Assembly: GCA_965223845.1 (NCBI GenBank)
Contig: CBDCXR010000004.1
Location: forward strand, 3,104,001-3,168,000
DNA: 64,000 bases
Source: Planctomycetota bacterium
GTDB taxonomy: Bacteria; Planctomycetota; UBA8108; SXIK01
Reading direction: 5' to 3'
Below, piece by piece: positions 38,901 to 48,700 of the stretch; position 1 is the first letter of the stretch; every line of letters starts with the position of its first letter. The notes beneath the pieces are model-generated. The model was not told the DNA's origin, ran no database searches, and was given only the letters and a program-made list of their open reading frames with translations. Both the position numbers and the translations under genes were made by a program.

Positions 38901-41545
38901 TACCCGGGGAGAGTCGAGTTCACGACGTCAGGATCCACGCCGTAGTCCGCCGGAAAGCCGGCCCACGAACTCGGAAGACCCGGCGGGTTCGCCGGCTGGC
39001 GGGCGACGTCGCTCAAGAAGATGTACGTGTGCGTGTCGACATTCGTCGGGAGAAACCCGTCCTTGAACGCCGCGGCGCGCAGGTTCGTCGTCGTCGTGAT
39101 CTCGATCGGGCCATCGTAGAGAAGCGCCGTCGGCGCCTCGGGATGCGGCTCCCGCCCGTCGAGCGTGTAGTAGATGTCCGCGCCCGGTGTTTCCGTCGTG
39201 ATCTCGACGAAGAACGGGGCGGAATAGTGCCCACGATCGACGCTGAAGCTCGTGTCGGCGACGAAGTCGATCGCTCCGCTCGTATTCGCCAACCCGGGAG
39301 TCGGTGGCGAGAGGTATCGGTCGACGCCCGAGCTCACGCGAAAGAGCTCGGCGCTGAAGAGGAACTCGCCGTTCGACGGATGGTCGTTGAGCGCCTGAAC
39401 CGCGAAGACGTTGTCGCCGTCCGCGAGACTTCCCGCGTGCGCGGTGAGATCGATCTCCTCCCACCGAAGCGCCGCGCTCACCGAACGATCAATGGTGGAG
39501 CGAGAGTCGAAGTCGAGCGCGGCGGGCGCGTTCCGGCGGGCGACCTCGATGCCGTTTAAATACGCCGCGAAGCCGTCGTCGTAACGAACGCGCAGCTTGA
39601 GCGCATCGAACTCGAAGGGCGGCGTAAGAGCGAACGGGATTCGGACGTACGCCGAGGCGTTCACGCCGCGCATTTCATTCTCGATGTTCGTCGACACGAA
39701 GGGACTGAGCCCTTCCGGCGCGAGCGGAGAGCCGCCGGCGAAGAGCGCAGCGATCTCGTCCTCGTTCAGCACGTCGCTCCAAATCGCGACTTCGTCGATC
39801 CATCCGTGAAAATGATCGGACGCGGCGTCGTTCGAAAAGCCGATATTGACCGCCTGCTGCCAGTCGAAGTCGCTCGAAGACTTGCTGCCCGTCGCGACGA
39901 GCTCCCCGTCGACGTAGATCCGCTGGCCGCCGATCTCCGCACCGACGACGTGGACTAGGTGGTGCCACCGCCCGTCGGCGAAGCTCCGCCCGGAGCTCGA
40001 GATCGTCTCGTTGTTCCAGACCCGCGACGCGATATTGCTCCCGTTCAGGTAGATATGGCGGTCGTGGCCGCCGCCCCCGAGGTCGTTGTCGACGACGGTG
40101 AAGATCCCGCGTCCGGACGACTCCGCTCGAAACCAGAGTGCCATGGAGTAACTCGTCTCCGACACGTCGATGAGCGCGCTCACGTAGGCGCCGTTCCCGT
40201 CGAAGCGAAGCGACTGCCCCCCACCGACGGCGCTCGGGACGACTTCGGCGTACGTCGCACCGCGGAGATCCGCCGAGTGACCCCGCCCGGAGGCGTCGAC
40301 CGTCGTCCGATCGAAGGTCCAGTACGCGAGAAGCTCCGGCCCCCCGTCCCCGACACCCCCGGCACCACCCGCGGCCGGAACGGCCGTCGCCTCGACGGAG
40401 TACGTTCTCTCGAGCACGGATCCCGCGCCGACGTCGAGCCCCGCGGAGAGATTCGGGTACTGACCGAACCAGAGAACGTTCTCTCCGTTGTCTTGGGTGT
40501 ACGCGGGGACGCCCGCGTTGTTCAAACCGTCGCCGCCGTCCTTCCACCCGAAGAAATAGCCGGGTCCGACCGACGCACTGCCCGCCTCGAGCTCGAACGG
40601 AAACCGCTGCGCTCCGCCGCCATCGACACTCGTTCGCGTTCGGCCGACGCCGGAGATCGAATACGTGGCGCCGTTTTCCTCGAAGATAAGCGGCGTGATC
40701 GCGCGGTCGGTGTCGCTGAAGAACGCCCACTCATCGAGCTCGCCCGACCGTGTAAAGGGATGGTCGAGGAGAAGAAAAACGGTTCCACTCGAAGACGTCG
40801 TTCGCGCGCGGGCAACGAGCGGATTTCCGATGATCTCGGGATCTCCCCCGCCTGGGTCTCCCCCGCCGTCCGAACCGAACCCGATCCCGAGCGTCGCGGC
40901 GAACCAACCGGCGCCGGCCGAGTCGTCGAAGGGTTCGTCGCCGCCGAGCCACATCGCTCCGAGCGCACCGTCCGTGGGAATATGAACGCGGACCGCGTCG
41001 CCCTCGGAAAAGAGCGGATCTCCGACGACCTGCTGGCCGATTCCGAACGAGACGTCCGGGCGTTGCGACGGATAGGTAGGCGCGAACTCAGACGCGATCG
41101 TCACACCGTCCGGCTCGACGAGCGCCAGGTAGTCGCCGTCGGCATCGAGACGAAAATTCGTGTGGAGCTCTTCGCCCGTCCGGTCCTTGCCGGAAGCGAA
41201 GACGACCAAGTACGCGCCGGCCTCGAGGACTCGTGAAGGAAACCGCCAGCGGGTGAGGTCCCCCGCCGCGTCGGTGAGATACCAACCGTCGAGGTCGACA
41301 GCGTTCGCACTGACGTTGACGCACTCGATCCAGTCCGACGAGTCGCCGTTTTCGTCGACGATGCCGGTCCCGTTCGAAGCGAGGAACTCGCTGATGATGA
41401 CGTCCTGCGCGACGGTCCACGGGGAGGCGATCAACGTCGCGAAGAACGCGATGATGGCGAATCGGGGGCGCGACCGGGAATCCGCGACCGGACCGGGAGC
41501 CGCCCGCGTCCGCGCCCGGCGATCCATGAAGGCAATGTGAAGCAT
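35960..41545 (-). CDS. Lamin-tail-domain / LamG / CotH kinase family protein with C-terminal dockerin-like module
   Basis: LTD (VIISEFLASN; LRITELMYHP), LamG (WHHLV...IYVDG...IDEVAIW), chitobiase/FN3-associated (IYYTLDG), CotH (GIRMHGNSS, YWGLY, DWPNHNW, FVWDQE), dockerin DGNQDGRLDVAD/DVNGDEGVNVAD. Alternative start at 41527. Confidence 0.9.
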   Translation of the reverse strand: MLHIAFMDRRARTRAAPGPVADSRSRPRFAIIAFFATLIASPWTVAQDVIISEFLASNGTGIVDENGDSSDWIECVNVSANAVDLDGWYLTDAAGDLTRWRFPSRVLEAGAYLVVFASGKDRTGEELHTNFRLDADGDYLALVEPDGVTIASEFAPTYPSQRPDVSFGIGQQVVGDPLFSEGDAVRVHIPTDGALGAMWLGGDEPFDDSAGAGWFAATLGIGFGSDGGGDPGGGDPEIIGNPLVARARTTSSSGTVFLLLDHPFTRSGELDEWAFFSDTDRAITPLIFEENGATYSISGVGRTRTSVDGGGAQRFPFELEAGSASVGPGYFFGWKDGGDGLNNAGVPAYTQDNGENVLWFGQYPNLSAGLDVGAGSVLERTYSVEATAVPAAGGAGGVGDGGPELLAYWTFDRTTVDASGRGHSADLRGATYAEVVPSAVGGGQSLRFDGNGAYVSALIDVSETSYSMALWFRAESSGRGIFTVVDNDLGGGGHDRHIYLNGSNIASRVWNNETISSSGRSFADGRWHHLVHVVGAEIGGQRIYVDGELVATGSKSSSDFDWQQAVNIGFSNDAASDHFHGWIDEVAIWSDVLNEDEIAALFAGGSPLAPEGLSPFVSTNIENEMRGVNASAYVRIPFALTPPFEFDALKLRVRYDDGFAAYLNGIEVARRNAPAALDFDSRSTIDRSVSAALRWEEIDLTAHAGSLADGDNVFAVQALNDHPSNGEFLFSAELFRVSSGVDRYLSPPTPGLANTSGAIDFVADTSFSVDRGHYSAPFFVEITTETPGADIYYTLDGREPHPEAPTALLYDGPIEITTTTNLRAAAFKDGFLPTNVDTHTYIFLSDVARQPANPPGLPSSWAGFPADYGVDPDVVNSTLPGYSFEEALLAIPTMSVTTDPANLFEGSTGIYANSRNRGPAWERLASIELFYPPGQDGPDGRDGFQVNAGIRMHGNSSRNHGFTPKHPIRVLFKSRYGPSKLRYPLFDGSRVDRFDQILLRGASTDSWPVVDGGSVLGVQRWAARHATYMRDQWMRDAQIAMGRPSGHGTYVHLFLNGLYWGLYNPSERPTDSFNAEHLGGDKDEYDVIKDFAELQSGRRTAWDEMIALANAGLGPDSAYQRIQGNDPDGVPNPDFPNYLHVDSLIDYMVLHIYAGAEDWPNHNWWAARRRGPESLGYQFFVWDQEISNDSLIRTHTLFQTRFEDPISAASPSFLYGRLMANENFRRDFGDRVHRHLFGDGLLTAEASRERWANRATEIDRAIVGESARWGDSKKSVPYKREIEWLAEQEFVQETYWDGIHPIALERFRRVGLYPEIAAPVFHLEGDESYGGFVDEGDSLTMTVELVLGFEETTFVGRDDAIRAVVPADDSLGTAWRERTYSEGSSGETWTSGGNGVGYETGSGYENWLEIDFESEMSGGNTSVYVRIPFSIADAATIANLDDLVLRMVADDGFAAYLNGERIASSNAPSEAAIAWNSASTTGGEASPTSPVDHNVRSAIEHLRVGENLLAIHGLNTSPTSSDMLIITELIGLTEETGVPSGDIVYTVNGGDPMDPDADTYTGPISLTNTSRVRARTLDDGEWSALNEAVFVVESEFPLRITELMYHPPAPPPESLHGDDDFEFVEVRNVGPDTLDLSRIRIEGGVRFSFAGSAVPLLGPGEFALIVRNLSAFEERYDTAGMQIAGEYDGKLSNRTDPIRLVGPIGETLLELEYADSWQPATDGEGFSLVIVDETAPAASWADAASWTASGDIGGSPGAAEDSGGVSGWQRPGDGNQDGRLDVADALALLLHLFGGTERPIPCDGAPLASGGSALLLDVNGDEGVNVADAVALLNYLFANGAQPALGEGCVRIEDCPTVCGF

Positions 41546-41682
41546 GGATCAGAGTTTACGGCGAACGCGGAACGAGCGGAAGGACGCGACTGCCCGCTTA
41601 AGGGACGGCTCGACCAGAGTCGACCCGACTCCCTCGGCGCGGCCGAACGTACTCCCGGCGTGTACGGGTCCGGTTCAGGTGC

Positions 41683-44600
41683 TCACTCACACGGCGGAAA
41701 CCGATCGCACCCGATCGGTTCCGCGCGAGTTTCGACGCCGCAGACCGCGACCGGGTCCTCGGGCGGGCGTCCCGTCCCGAAGAGGAAGTTGAGAAGCGCG
41801 ATCGCGTCGGTAATCGTCAAGCCGCCGTCGCCGTCGACATCGCCGCTCGCCGCGCAGAGGAGCGGATCTCCGTCGGCGAAGAGAAACTCGAGGACGTACA
41901 CCGCGTCCGCGACGTTCGCGCCGCCGTCGGCGTTCGCGTCGCCGCGCCGGAACTGCACCCGCGGATCGTCGCCGACGACGACGTCCACCGTCGCGCGTGT
42001 CGACGCGCCGAACTCGTCGGTGACGTCGAGAATCACCGCGTGCGTTCCGGGAGTGTTGAACGTCGTGAGCACGAGTCCCCGGCTGTCGGATTCCCCCCCG
42101 ATCGTCCAGCGGTATTCGAGCGCGTCGCCCTCGGCGTCGCTCGACCCCGTCGCGTCGAAGAGCACCGTGAGCGGCGGGGCTCCGCGCAGGGTAGAAGCAG
42201 TGATGCGCGCAACGGGCGACGCGTTCGCATCCGCGGCGACGCCCGGCGACCAACCGGCGCGCCAGCTCGTCGCCTCGTCATTGTCGACATCGAGCCCGAC
42301 GCGCTCTAGGCTCGCGCCTTCGCCATCCGCCGCGTCGGGCCAGTCGCCGTCGTCGAGATAGACGACGCTGTCGATGAGCTCGGGAAAGTACTTTCCGCCC
42401 TCTCCGTCGTCGCGGAGTCGGACGATCTCGCCTCCGTTCGAGAGTCGACCCGAATAGGGGCCGAAGGTTTTCGTTTCGGCTGGGGCGATCTTGGCGACCT
42501 CGCCCGGGTCTCGCGCGACGAGAAACACTTCCCCTGCGGTTGCAACGGCTCCCGGCGGAAACGTGAACTCGATGGCCGGAATCGTCCAACCTGCGAGGTC
42601 GACGTCGGCTTCGTGTCGATTCACGATCTCGAGGAACTCCGTCACGTCTTCGCCGTCGGGGTTGTAGTGAATCTCCGTAATCTCGAGCCGAGGTGCAGGC
42701 TCGTACTCGAATCGCCGCCCCTGCGTCGTCGGCGACAGGCGCGTGAGAAAGCCGCGGAGAAACGTGGTTCGGCGCGAGACGTAGAGTCGGAAATCATCCC
42801 GCCAAAACTCGGAGTCGGTGCTCCGACTGCCCCACCGCCGCCAGCGCGCGAGATCGCGACGCGCGAGGTCCGCCGTCGCGGTGTCGTAGGCGTCGATCTT
42901 GGGGCCGAGCACACTCGGCTGGAACTTCTCTTCGACGAGGTGCCAGATGCGCCCGTAGAACGCCTTGATGTAGTAGTCGTCGGGCGCACGCTGAAGAAGC
43001 GCGTTCAGGATCCCGTGGTAGCCCTGGTCGTGAAACGGATAGGTCTGAGTCTGAAACAGCGGGTGCTCGTTGTAGACGCGAACATCGGTCGTGAGAAGCA
43101 TCTGACCGAACGTGAGGTCGACGTCCCAGGGAAAGCACGTCACCAGGAACGGACCGTCGCCGGCGAGGTCTTGCCGACCGTAGTAGAGGAGCCAGTTCTT
43201 CACGACCGAATCGCCGTCCGTGATGATCGCCTGGACCGCCTGGTAATCGATCACCCCTTCGACGTGGAGCCGCGAGTTCAGAAACTCGATCAGCTCCGTG
43301 CCCCGCAGTCGATTGAGATCCCCCGCGAAGCTCCCGATCTCCGGGAGTAGATCGGGCGCCGCATCGTTCCGCGGCTCGTAGCCTCCGGTCGATGAGGAGA
43401 GCATCGGGTTTCGCGCCTTGTAGAGTCCACCGCTCGGATCGAGTCGATTCCGCCGCAGATAGTCCTCCCGCGGATCTTCGATCGTGAAGAACGCGCCGTG
43501 GAATCGGCCGCCGTTCGAGCGCACCTCGGCCATGTGCGTCTCCGAATACGCAACCCCCGCGTCACGGAAGAGATCGAACGCGAACTGCTCGCGCAGCATC
43601 GACTTGTCGTTCCACCCCGCGTTGAAGTTGAGTCGCGACTGCCCTTCGAACTGGTCGCCCTTGTTGAAGCGAACGCGAAGCGGCTTCTTCGGGTAGCTGC
43701 ACGCGGTTTCGCCGCGAAACTTGACGCCGACGCTCCGGTACGCCCGTCCATCCGGGTCGACGAGTACACCGGATCGGTAGGTTCCAGGGTTGCACGAGAG
43801 ATCGCTCAGCGCTCCCGGCGTGAAGATGTGAAAGAGGCGAATCGGCGGCGCAGGCTCCGGCCAGTGATCGGAGACGTAGTAGCCACGGGTCGAAATCGGA
43901 TTCTTCGTCCGGGGCCACTTCGTCGCCGCGCCACCGCTCGTCGAAGCTTCGAACGAGTACCACACTAGCGAGTCGTCGGGCGCGGGAGGGATCGCCGCGC
44001 TCCAGAGTCCGTCGCCCGCGTGCGCATCCGGCAACTCACCGTCGTCGCGCAGCGGCAGGGTTTCGATCTCCGCCCCGGAGACCTGGTACTGGACCGCTGC
44101 CGAAGCGATGTCCTTGCCCTCGATTCTCACTACGAGTGTCACGTCGTCTTCGGGGGCCGCCCAGAGCGGCGAGCGCTCGACGAACCGAATCGTCGGCGGC
44201 ACCTCGTTCGGGGGGAGCTCGGCCGCGCCGACCTCGTTCGACGCGAGCGGCGTACCCGCTACCCCGCGCGCGCCGGTTACGGCGTCGCCCTCGAGCTGGA
44301 GAAGGCCCGAGTCTTCGCGCGTCACGGATGACCGAGCGATGAACGCGCTCGTGCCGGAGAGGTGCTTCATCCGGAAGCGAAGGACGAGCGGCGTCTCCGC
44401 CGGAGGACGCTCGGGAAAGGTCACGCGCAGAGCGTTTTGAAAGCCGTCGCCGTTTCCGGTCGAGCGGATGCGCGCACAGGGTCCGTCGTCGCCGAATCCG
44501 CCGGCCTCCTCGGCGACGCTCGTCTCGTGATTCCCGGTTCCGCGCCAGCGTCCGAGCCCGGCGTCGAACTCGTGATCGGGGAAATAGTTCAGCTCACCGC

Positions 44601-45777
44601 CGTCCTTTTCGAAGAGCTCGACGGCGTCGAGGAGGACTTCACCTTCGCCCAGAAGATAAAAATAGAATCTCGGCCCTTCGTGAAGGCCGACGAGTTCGAA
44701 GGTGAGCCATTCGCCGCCGCCCGGCGAACTCGCCTCGACCGGCGCGACCCGCCAGTTGCCCGGAGCGTCCGACGGACCGAGCGGCTGAACGCGCTGGAGG
44801 GTCCCGCCGAGACCATCGGCGAGCGCGGGCCACGCGCCGGCGTCGTTGTACGAAACCTCATCCCGTACGGAACCGAGCGCGTCGACGAGCCGCACCGTCT
44901 CCCCTCCGTCGGAGAGCGTCGAACCGTCGGCGAAGGGGCCGTGGACGAGGTCCGCAATGAGCCCGAATCGAGTAACGAGCTCGGGCGGATCCTGCGCCAC
45001 CAACACGAATTCTCCCGGCGGAATGACCGTCCCCGCCGCGAAGACGAAGGAGACGCCGCGGTCGAGCGACCATCCGCCGATGTCTTGCGGGACATCCGTG
45101 CGATTGACGAACTCGATGTACTCGAGCGGGACGTCGATCTCGGGATGGTAATTGATCTCGTTGATGACGACCGGCGAGCGCGCGAGATCCTCGGGAATCG
45201 GCGCGAGGGCGCAGTCGTCGAGGCTCCCGGTCACGCCGGGCGTCGGAGCTGACGCCGACCAGTTGAAGGGAGCCTCGCCCGGGAGCGCCTCGCAGCGCAG
45301 GTGAAGCGATTCGCCGGCGCCGTCGGCGGCGGTGGGAAACGGGTACCCGTCGCGAAACCTCACCTCGTCGATGAGCAGGCCGAATCCGTCGACGAGTCGC
45401 AGCCGCTCGCCGTCGTTGTCGAGCGCGCCCGAGAACGGGAAGACGGAAACTCCGGCCGGGACGCTCCACCTGGCGCGCAGCGCCTCGGGATCGCGCGCGA
45501 AGACGACCGTCCCTCCCGAAGGGATTTCCAGCGATCCCGGCGCGCCCGCGCGGATCCCGCTCGTGAACGACCAGCCGCGAATGTCGACGGCGCCCGGAGA
45601 GACATTCGCGAGCTCGACGTACTCGAGCGCGGCGTCGTCCTTCGGGTGGTAGTGGATCTCGGTGATGCGAAGCGGCGCCGCGGAGATCACGACGGGAGCA
45701 GCGGCGAAGAGCAGCGCGCACGCGAAGCCGCCGAATCGCCGGCTTCCTAGAAAGGTCCGATCAGCAGTCGAGGTCAT
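41683..45777 (-). CDS. Lamin-tail-domain (x3) / CotH kinase / PKD protein with C-terminal dockerin-like module
   Basis: Likely start ATG 45777 overlapping the upstream stop; LTDs ITEIHYHP, INEINYHP, ITEIHYNP; LRDDG...GDG motif; CotH GVKFRG, DSVVKNW, PWDVDLTFG; PKD; FRRGDANADG dockerin. Confidence 0.9.
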   Translation of the reverse strand: MTSTADRTFLGSRRFGGFACALLFAAAPVVISAAPLRITEIHYHPKDDAALEYVELANVSPGAVDIRGWSFTSGIRAGAPGSLEIPSGGTVVFARDPEALRARWSVPAGVSVFPFSGALDNDGERLRLVDGFGLLIDEVRFRDGYPFPTAADGAGESLHLRCEALPGEAPFNWSASAPTPGVTGSLDDCALAPIPEDLARSPVVINEINYHPEIDVPLEYIEFVNRTDVPQDIGGWSLDRGVSFVFAAGTVIPPGEFVLVAQDPPELVTRFGLIADLVHGPFADGSTLSDGGETVRLVDALGSVRDEVSYNDAGAWPALADGLGGTLQRVQPLGPSDAPGNWRVAPVEASSPGGGEWLTFELVGLHEGPRFYFYLLGEGEVLLDAVELFEKDGGELNYFPDHEFDAGLGRWRGTGNHETSVAEEAGGFGDDGPCARIRSTGNGDGFQNALRVTFPERPPAETPLVLRFRMKHLSGTSAFIARSSVTREDSGLLQLEGDAVTGARGVAGTPLASNEVGAAELPPNEVPPTIRFVERSPLWAAPEDDVTLVVRIEGKDIASAAVQYQVSGAEIETLPLRDDGELPDAHAGDGLWSAAIPPAPDDSLVWYSFEASTSGGAATKWPRTKNPISTRGYYVSDHWPEPAPPIRLFHIFTPGALSDLSCNPGTYRSGVLVDPDGRAYRSVGVKFRGETACSYPKKPLRVRFNKGDQFEGQSRLNFNAGWNDKSMLREQFAFDLFRDAGVAYSETHMAEVRSNGGRFHGAFFTIEDPREDYLRRNRLDPSGGLYKARNPMLSSSTGGYEPRNDAAPDLLPEIGSFAGDLNRLRGTELIEFLNSRLHVEGVIDYQAVQAIITDGDSVVKNWLLYYGRQDLAGDGPFLVTCFPWDVDLTFGQMLLTTDVRVYNEHPLFQTQTYPFHDQGYHGILNALLQRAPDDYYIKAFYGRIWHLVEEKFQPSVLGPKIDAYDTATADLARRDLARWRRWGSRSTDSEFWRDDFRLYVSRRTTFLRGFLTRLSPTTQGRRFEYEPAPRLEITEIHYNPDGEDVTEFLEIVNRHEADVDLAGWTIPAIEFTFPPGAVATAGEVFLVARDPGEVAKIAPAETKTFGPYSGRLSNGGEIVRLRDDGEGGKYFPELIDSVVYLDDGDWPDAADGEGASLERVGLDVDNDEATSWRAGWSPGVAADANASPVARITASTLRGAPPLTVLFDATGSSDAEGDALEYRWTIGGESDSRGLVLTTFNTPGTHAVILDVTDEFGASTRATVDVVVGDDPRVQFRRGDANADGGANVADAVYVLEFLFADGDPLLCAASGDVDGDGGLTITDAIALLNFLFGTGRPPEDPVAVCGVETRAEPIGCDRFPPCE

Positions 45778-48700
45778 CGGGCGTGACATCCGCTCCAGGA
45801 TGGGGGAACGGCGCGGCGGGCGGGTCGCCGGTTCCAAAGAGGTAATTGAGCGAACGAATCGGATCGGAGATGTCGATCCCGCCGTCGTCGTCCGTGTCTG
45901 CGGCATCCTCGCAAACGATGCTTCCGTCGGCAAAGAGATAGAACAGCGTCGCGATTGGATCGCCGATGTTGAGTCCGCCGTCTCGATTCGCGTCGCCGCG
46001 GATGAAGAGCACTCGCTCGTACGTGAATCCCCCGAACGCGACGACGCTCGCTTCTTCGACTGCGAGGCGAAGATCGACGCGCCCGTTCTCGGGGAGATCA
46101 TCCGGAGCCGGTGGGCTCACCGCGACCGCGAGCTCGGGCGAGCGGACATCGATCGAGGTCGCCTCCACTCCCCCAAAACGAATCGACAGATTCTCGCCGA
46201 ACCCGGTCCCGACGAACGTGACTTCCGTACCGCCCTCGGCGGGGCCGGAGTCGGGGCTCCAAGTCTCGAGCGTCGGCGGATCGGGGACACGTGACGAGCG
46301 GACGGTGAGCGACAGCTCGCCGACGAACTCGCCGTAGCCGTCGAAGCCGAAGAAGCGGAGCTCGTGGAGCTCCCGGGTTGTCGGAAACTCGAAAGACCAG
46401 CGCGTGACCGACGACCAAACGGGCGAAATGAGCTCCGTGTCGCCACCGTCGACCTCGACGTAGATCTGCTCGACGCGAAGCGGCGCCTCACCCTCGATCT
46501 CGACGTCGCGCTCCTCGGTTACGAGCGTTTCCCCGTCGCCCGATCGGATGCGAAAGGACGCCGTCGCGGAAGAGCGAACGAGCGACTCGACGCGCGACTT
46601 GACGGTGTTGATGTAGCCCTTGAAGCTCGAGGCGTTCACGCCGGTCGATCGCGTCACGGCGTCCATCCAAGGTCCGGCCGCGTCGACCGACCAGTAGCCG
46701 TCCGTGTATTGCTCGAGCGCCCGAAAGTACACGCGGCGCGGTTCGGGTCGGCTGAGGAGGCGCGCTGCGTGCACGTCGCCGGTGGGGAAAAAGCCCGCGT
46801 TCGGGTTCCCCATCGAGTTGTCCATGTCGAAGGGAAGGAGCTCCCACTTGCCGTCGGTCGGATCGTAAACGCAGTAGCCGTTGTGACCGTTTCCTACGAA
46901 GACCGCGTCCCAGTCGGAGGTCAGGATGCGGACGGCGAGCATGCGGAGATAGGCGTCGAGGTCGAGGACATCGCCCACGCGCGCGTCAAACTCGGCGTCG
47001 CGAGTCACGCGCCGGTCCATCACGCGCGTGAGCTCGATCCACTCGTCCCAACGATCCCGCGACTTGTGGATCGTGTGAGTCCAGTACCCGCGGTAGTTCT
47101 CCGCCTCCTCGTCCATATGCCAAAACGACGCCCCATCCCAATGCGATCTCGCGCACACGTCATTGAACGCGAGTCGCCCCACCGCTTTGATCACGATGGC
47201 TTCGTCGACTGCCTCGTCGCCGTACCATTTCTCGATGTAGTCGCCGTCGACCGGCTGGATCATCGCGTGGGTGCCGAGCGAGTTGCCGTTGAAGTGCGTG
47301 CGGATGTAGTGGTAGTCGGCGGTCGGCGCCGGCGCGTGCGGCCCGTTCGCTCTTCCGGCGAGAAAGTAGGCGACCCCTTCGCGCGCGTTCGCGCCGCGAC
47401 TCGAGAGGTTGATCGCCTTTCGGCCGCGATGGAAGCGATCGTCGTCGGGAAAACGAACGCGGAAATTCGTACGTCCGGGACGCCCCCACGGACTACCGCG
47501 ATAGCGGAGACCAATGTTGTACGTCGCCTCTTCGTCGTCGAAGACGAACGCCCCGTCGACGAGGTCGTTCGAATGGAGCGGACGCGTTCGGAGCTCGGTG
47601 TCGCTCGTGGCGTCGAGAATCACTCGGTAGACGTCGAGGCGGTCGGTCTCGGGCCCGGCCGCTTGGAAGAGACAAACTCGCTCGGGCGCATCGACGGGAA
47701 AGCGGCGCAAGGCACCGCTGGAGTCGACCGCTTCAACGTAGTAAACGACGCGGCGATTGCGATCGAATCCGGGAAGAGAGCCGCCGAAGACGCCATCGCC
47801 CGCGGCACCATCGCCGCGGACCCCGTCGTCGCGCAGATCGATGGACTCGGAGAACGTCCCCGCGCGATCATTCTCCCGGTAGTAGACCTTGACCGACTCG
47901 ATGCCGTCGGCGTCCGAGACGCGCGCGGTCACGATCGTCGGGACACCGGCCGCGGGCGAGACCGGAGCATGCGAGACATCCGAAATCACCGGGCCGAGAT
48001 TCGCCGCCCCGCTTTCCTCGCGCAGCCGGCGCGTCACGCTGTTTTCGCTTCCCGGCGTGCCGAGATTCCACGGGACGGTGAGGCGCAGCCGCGCCGCGAG
48101 GGTGTTTCCGGACAAGTTTTCGGCGGGCGCGGGGCGTCCGGGCCACGGCCCCGGCGTGAACTCGCCGTGCGCGATGAGGAGGCTGCTCCCGCGGATCCAG
48201 CGCGCCCAAAGCGAAACGTCGTAAGCGCCGCGCGCGAGTCTCGGCCGCGTGTCCGTCTCGATGCGATTGCAGAGAGAATCCCCCTTCGCCGAGGCGTCGA
48301 TTCGGAGACACGCGTTTCCGGAGTGGCTGTCGTCCGTGACGCGCCGGCTCCGCACGTGCGTCCCCTGGATCACCCACGGAGTAGTCGAGCTCTCGAATCC
48401 GGGATTCGGAATGCGGTTCTCCCCGCCGCCGTCCGGAGTGATCGAGACATCATCGATGTGACAGGTTCCGCGCTCCGAGAGGAAAAGATGGAGTTCCGTA
48501 TCCGCGGTCGGGGCGTAATTCGAGACGAAGAACTCGAGTTTCTCCCAATCGGCTTTCTCGCTCTCGTCGCTCGCGTCCCAGGCCGACGCGACATCGTTGT
48601 CCTGCCTCGGGTCGATGAGCTCGAGCGAGGCGCCCCGGCCGTCCGCCCACTCGGACCAGCGCCCGCCGTCGAAGTAGCGCACCTCATCGACGAGGTTCCC

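Noticed and set aside
45778-46101. N-terminal extension of the 41683-46101 ORF
   Set aside because: It overlaps the dockerin-coding end of the upstream gene in another frame; the signal-peptide-like sequence begins only after ATG 45777.
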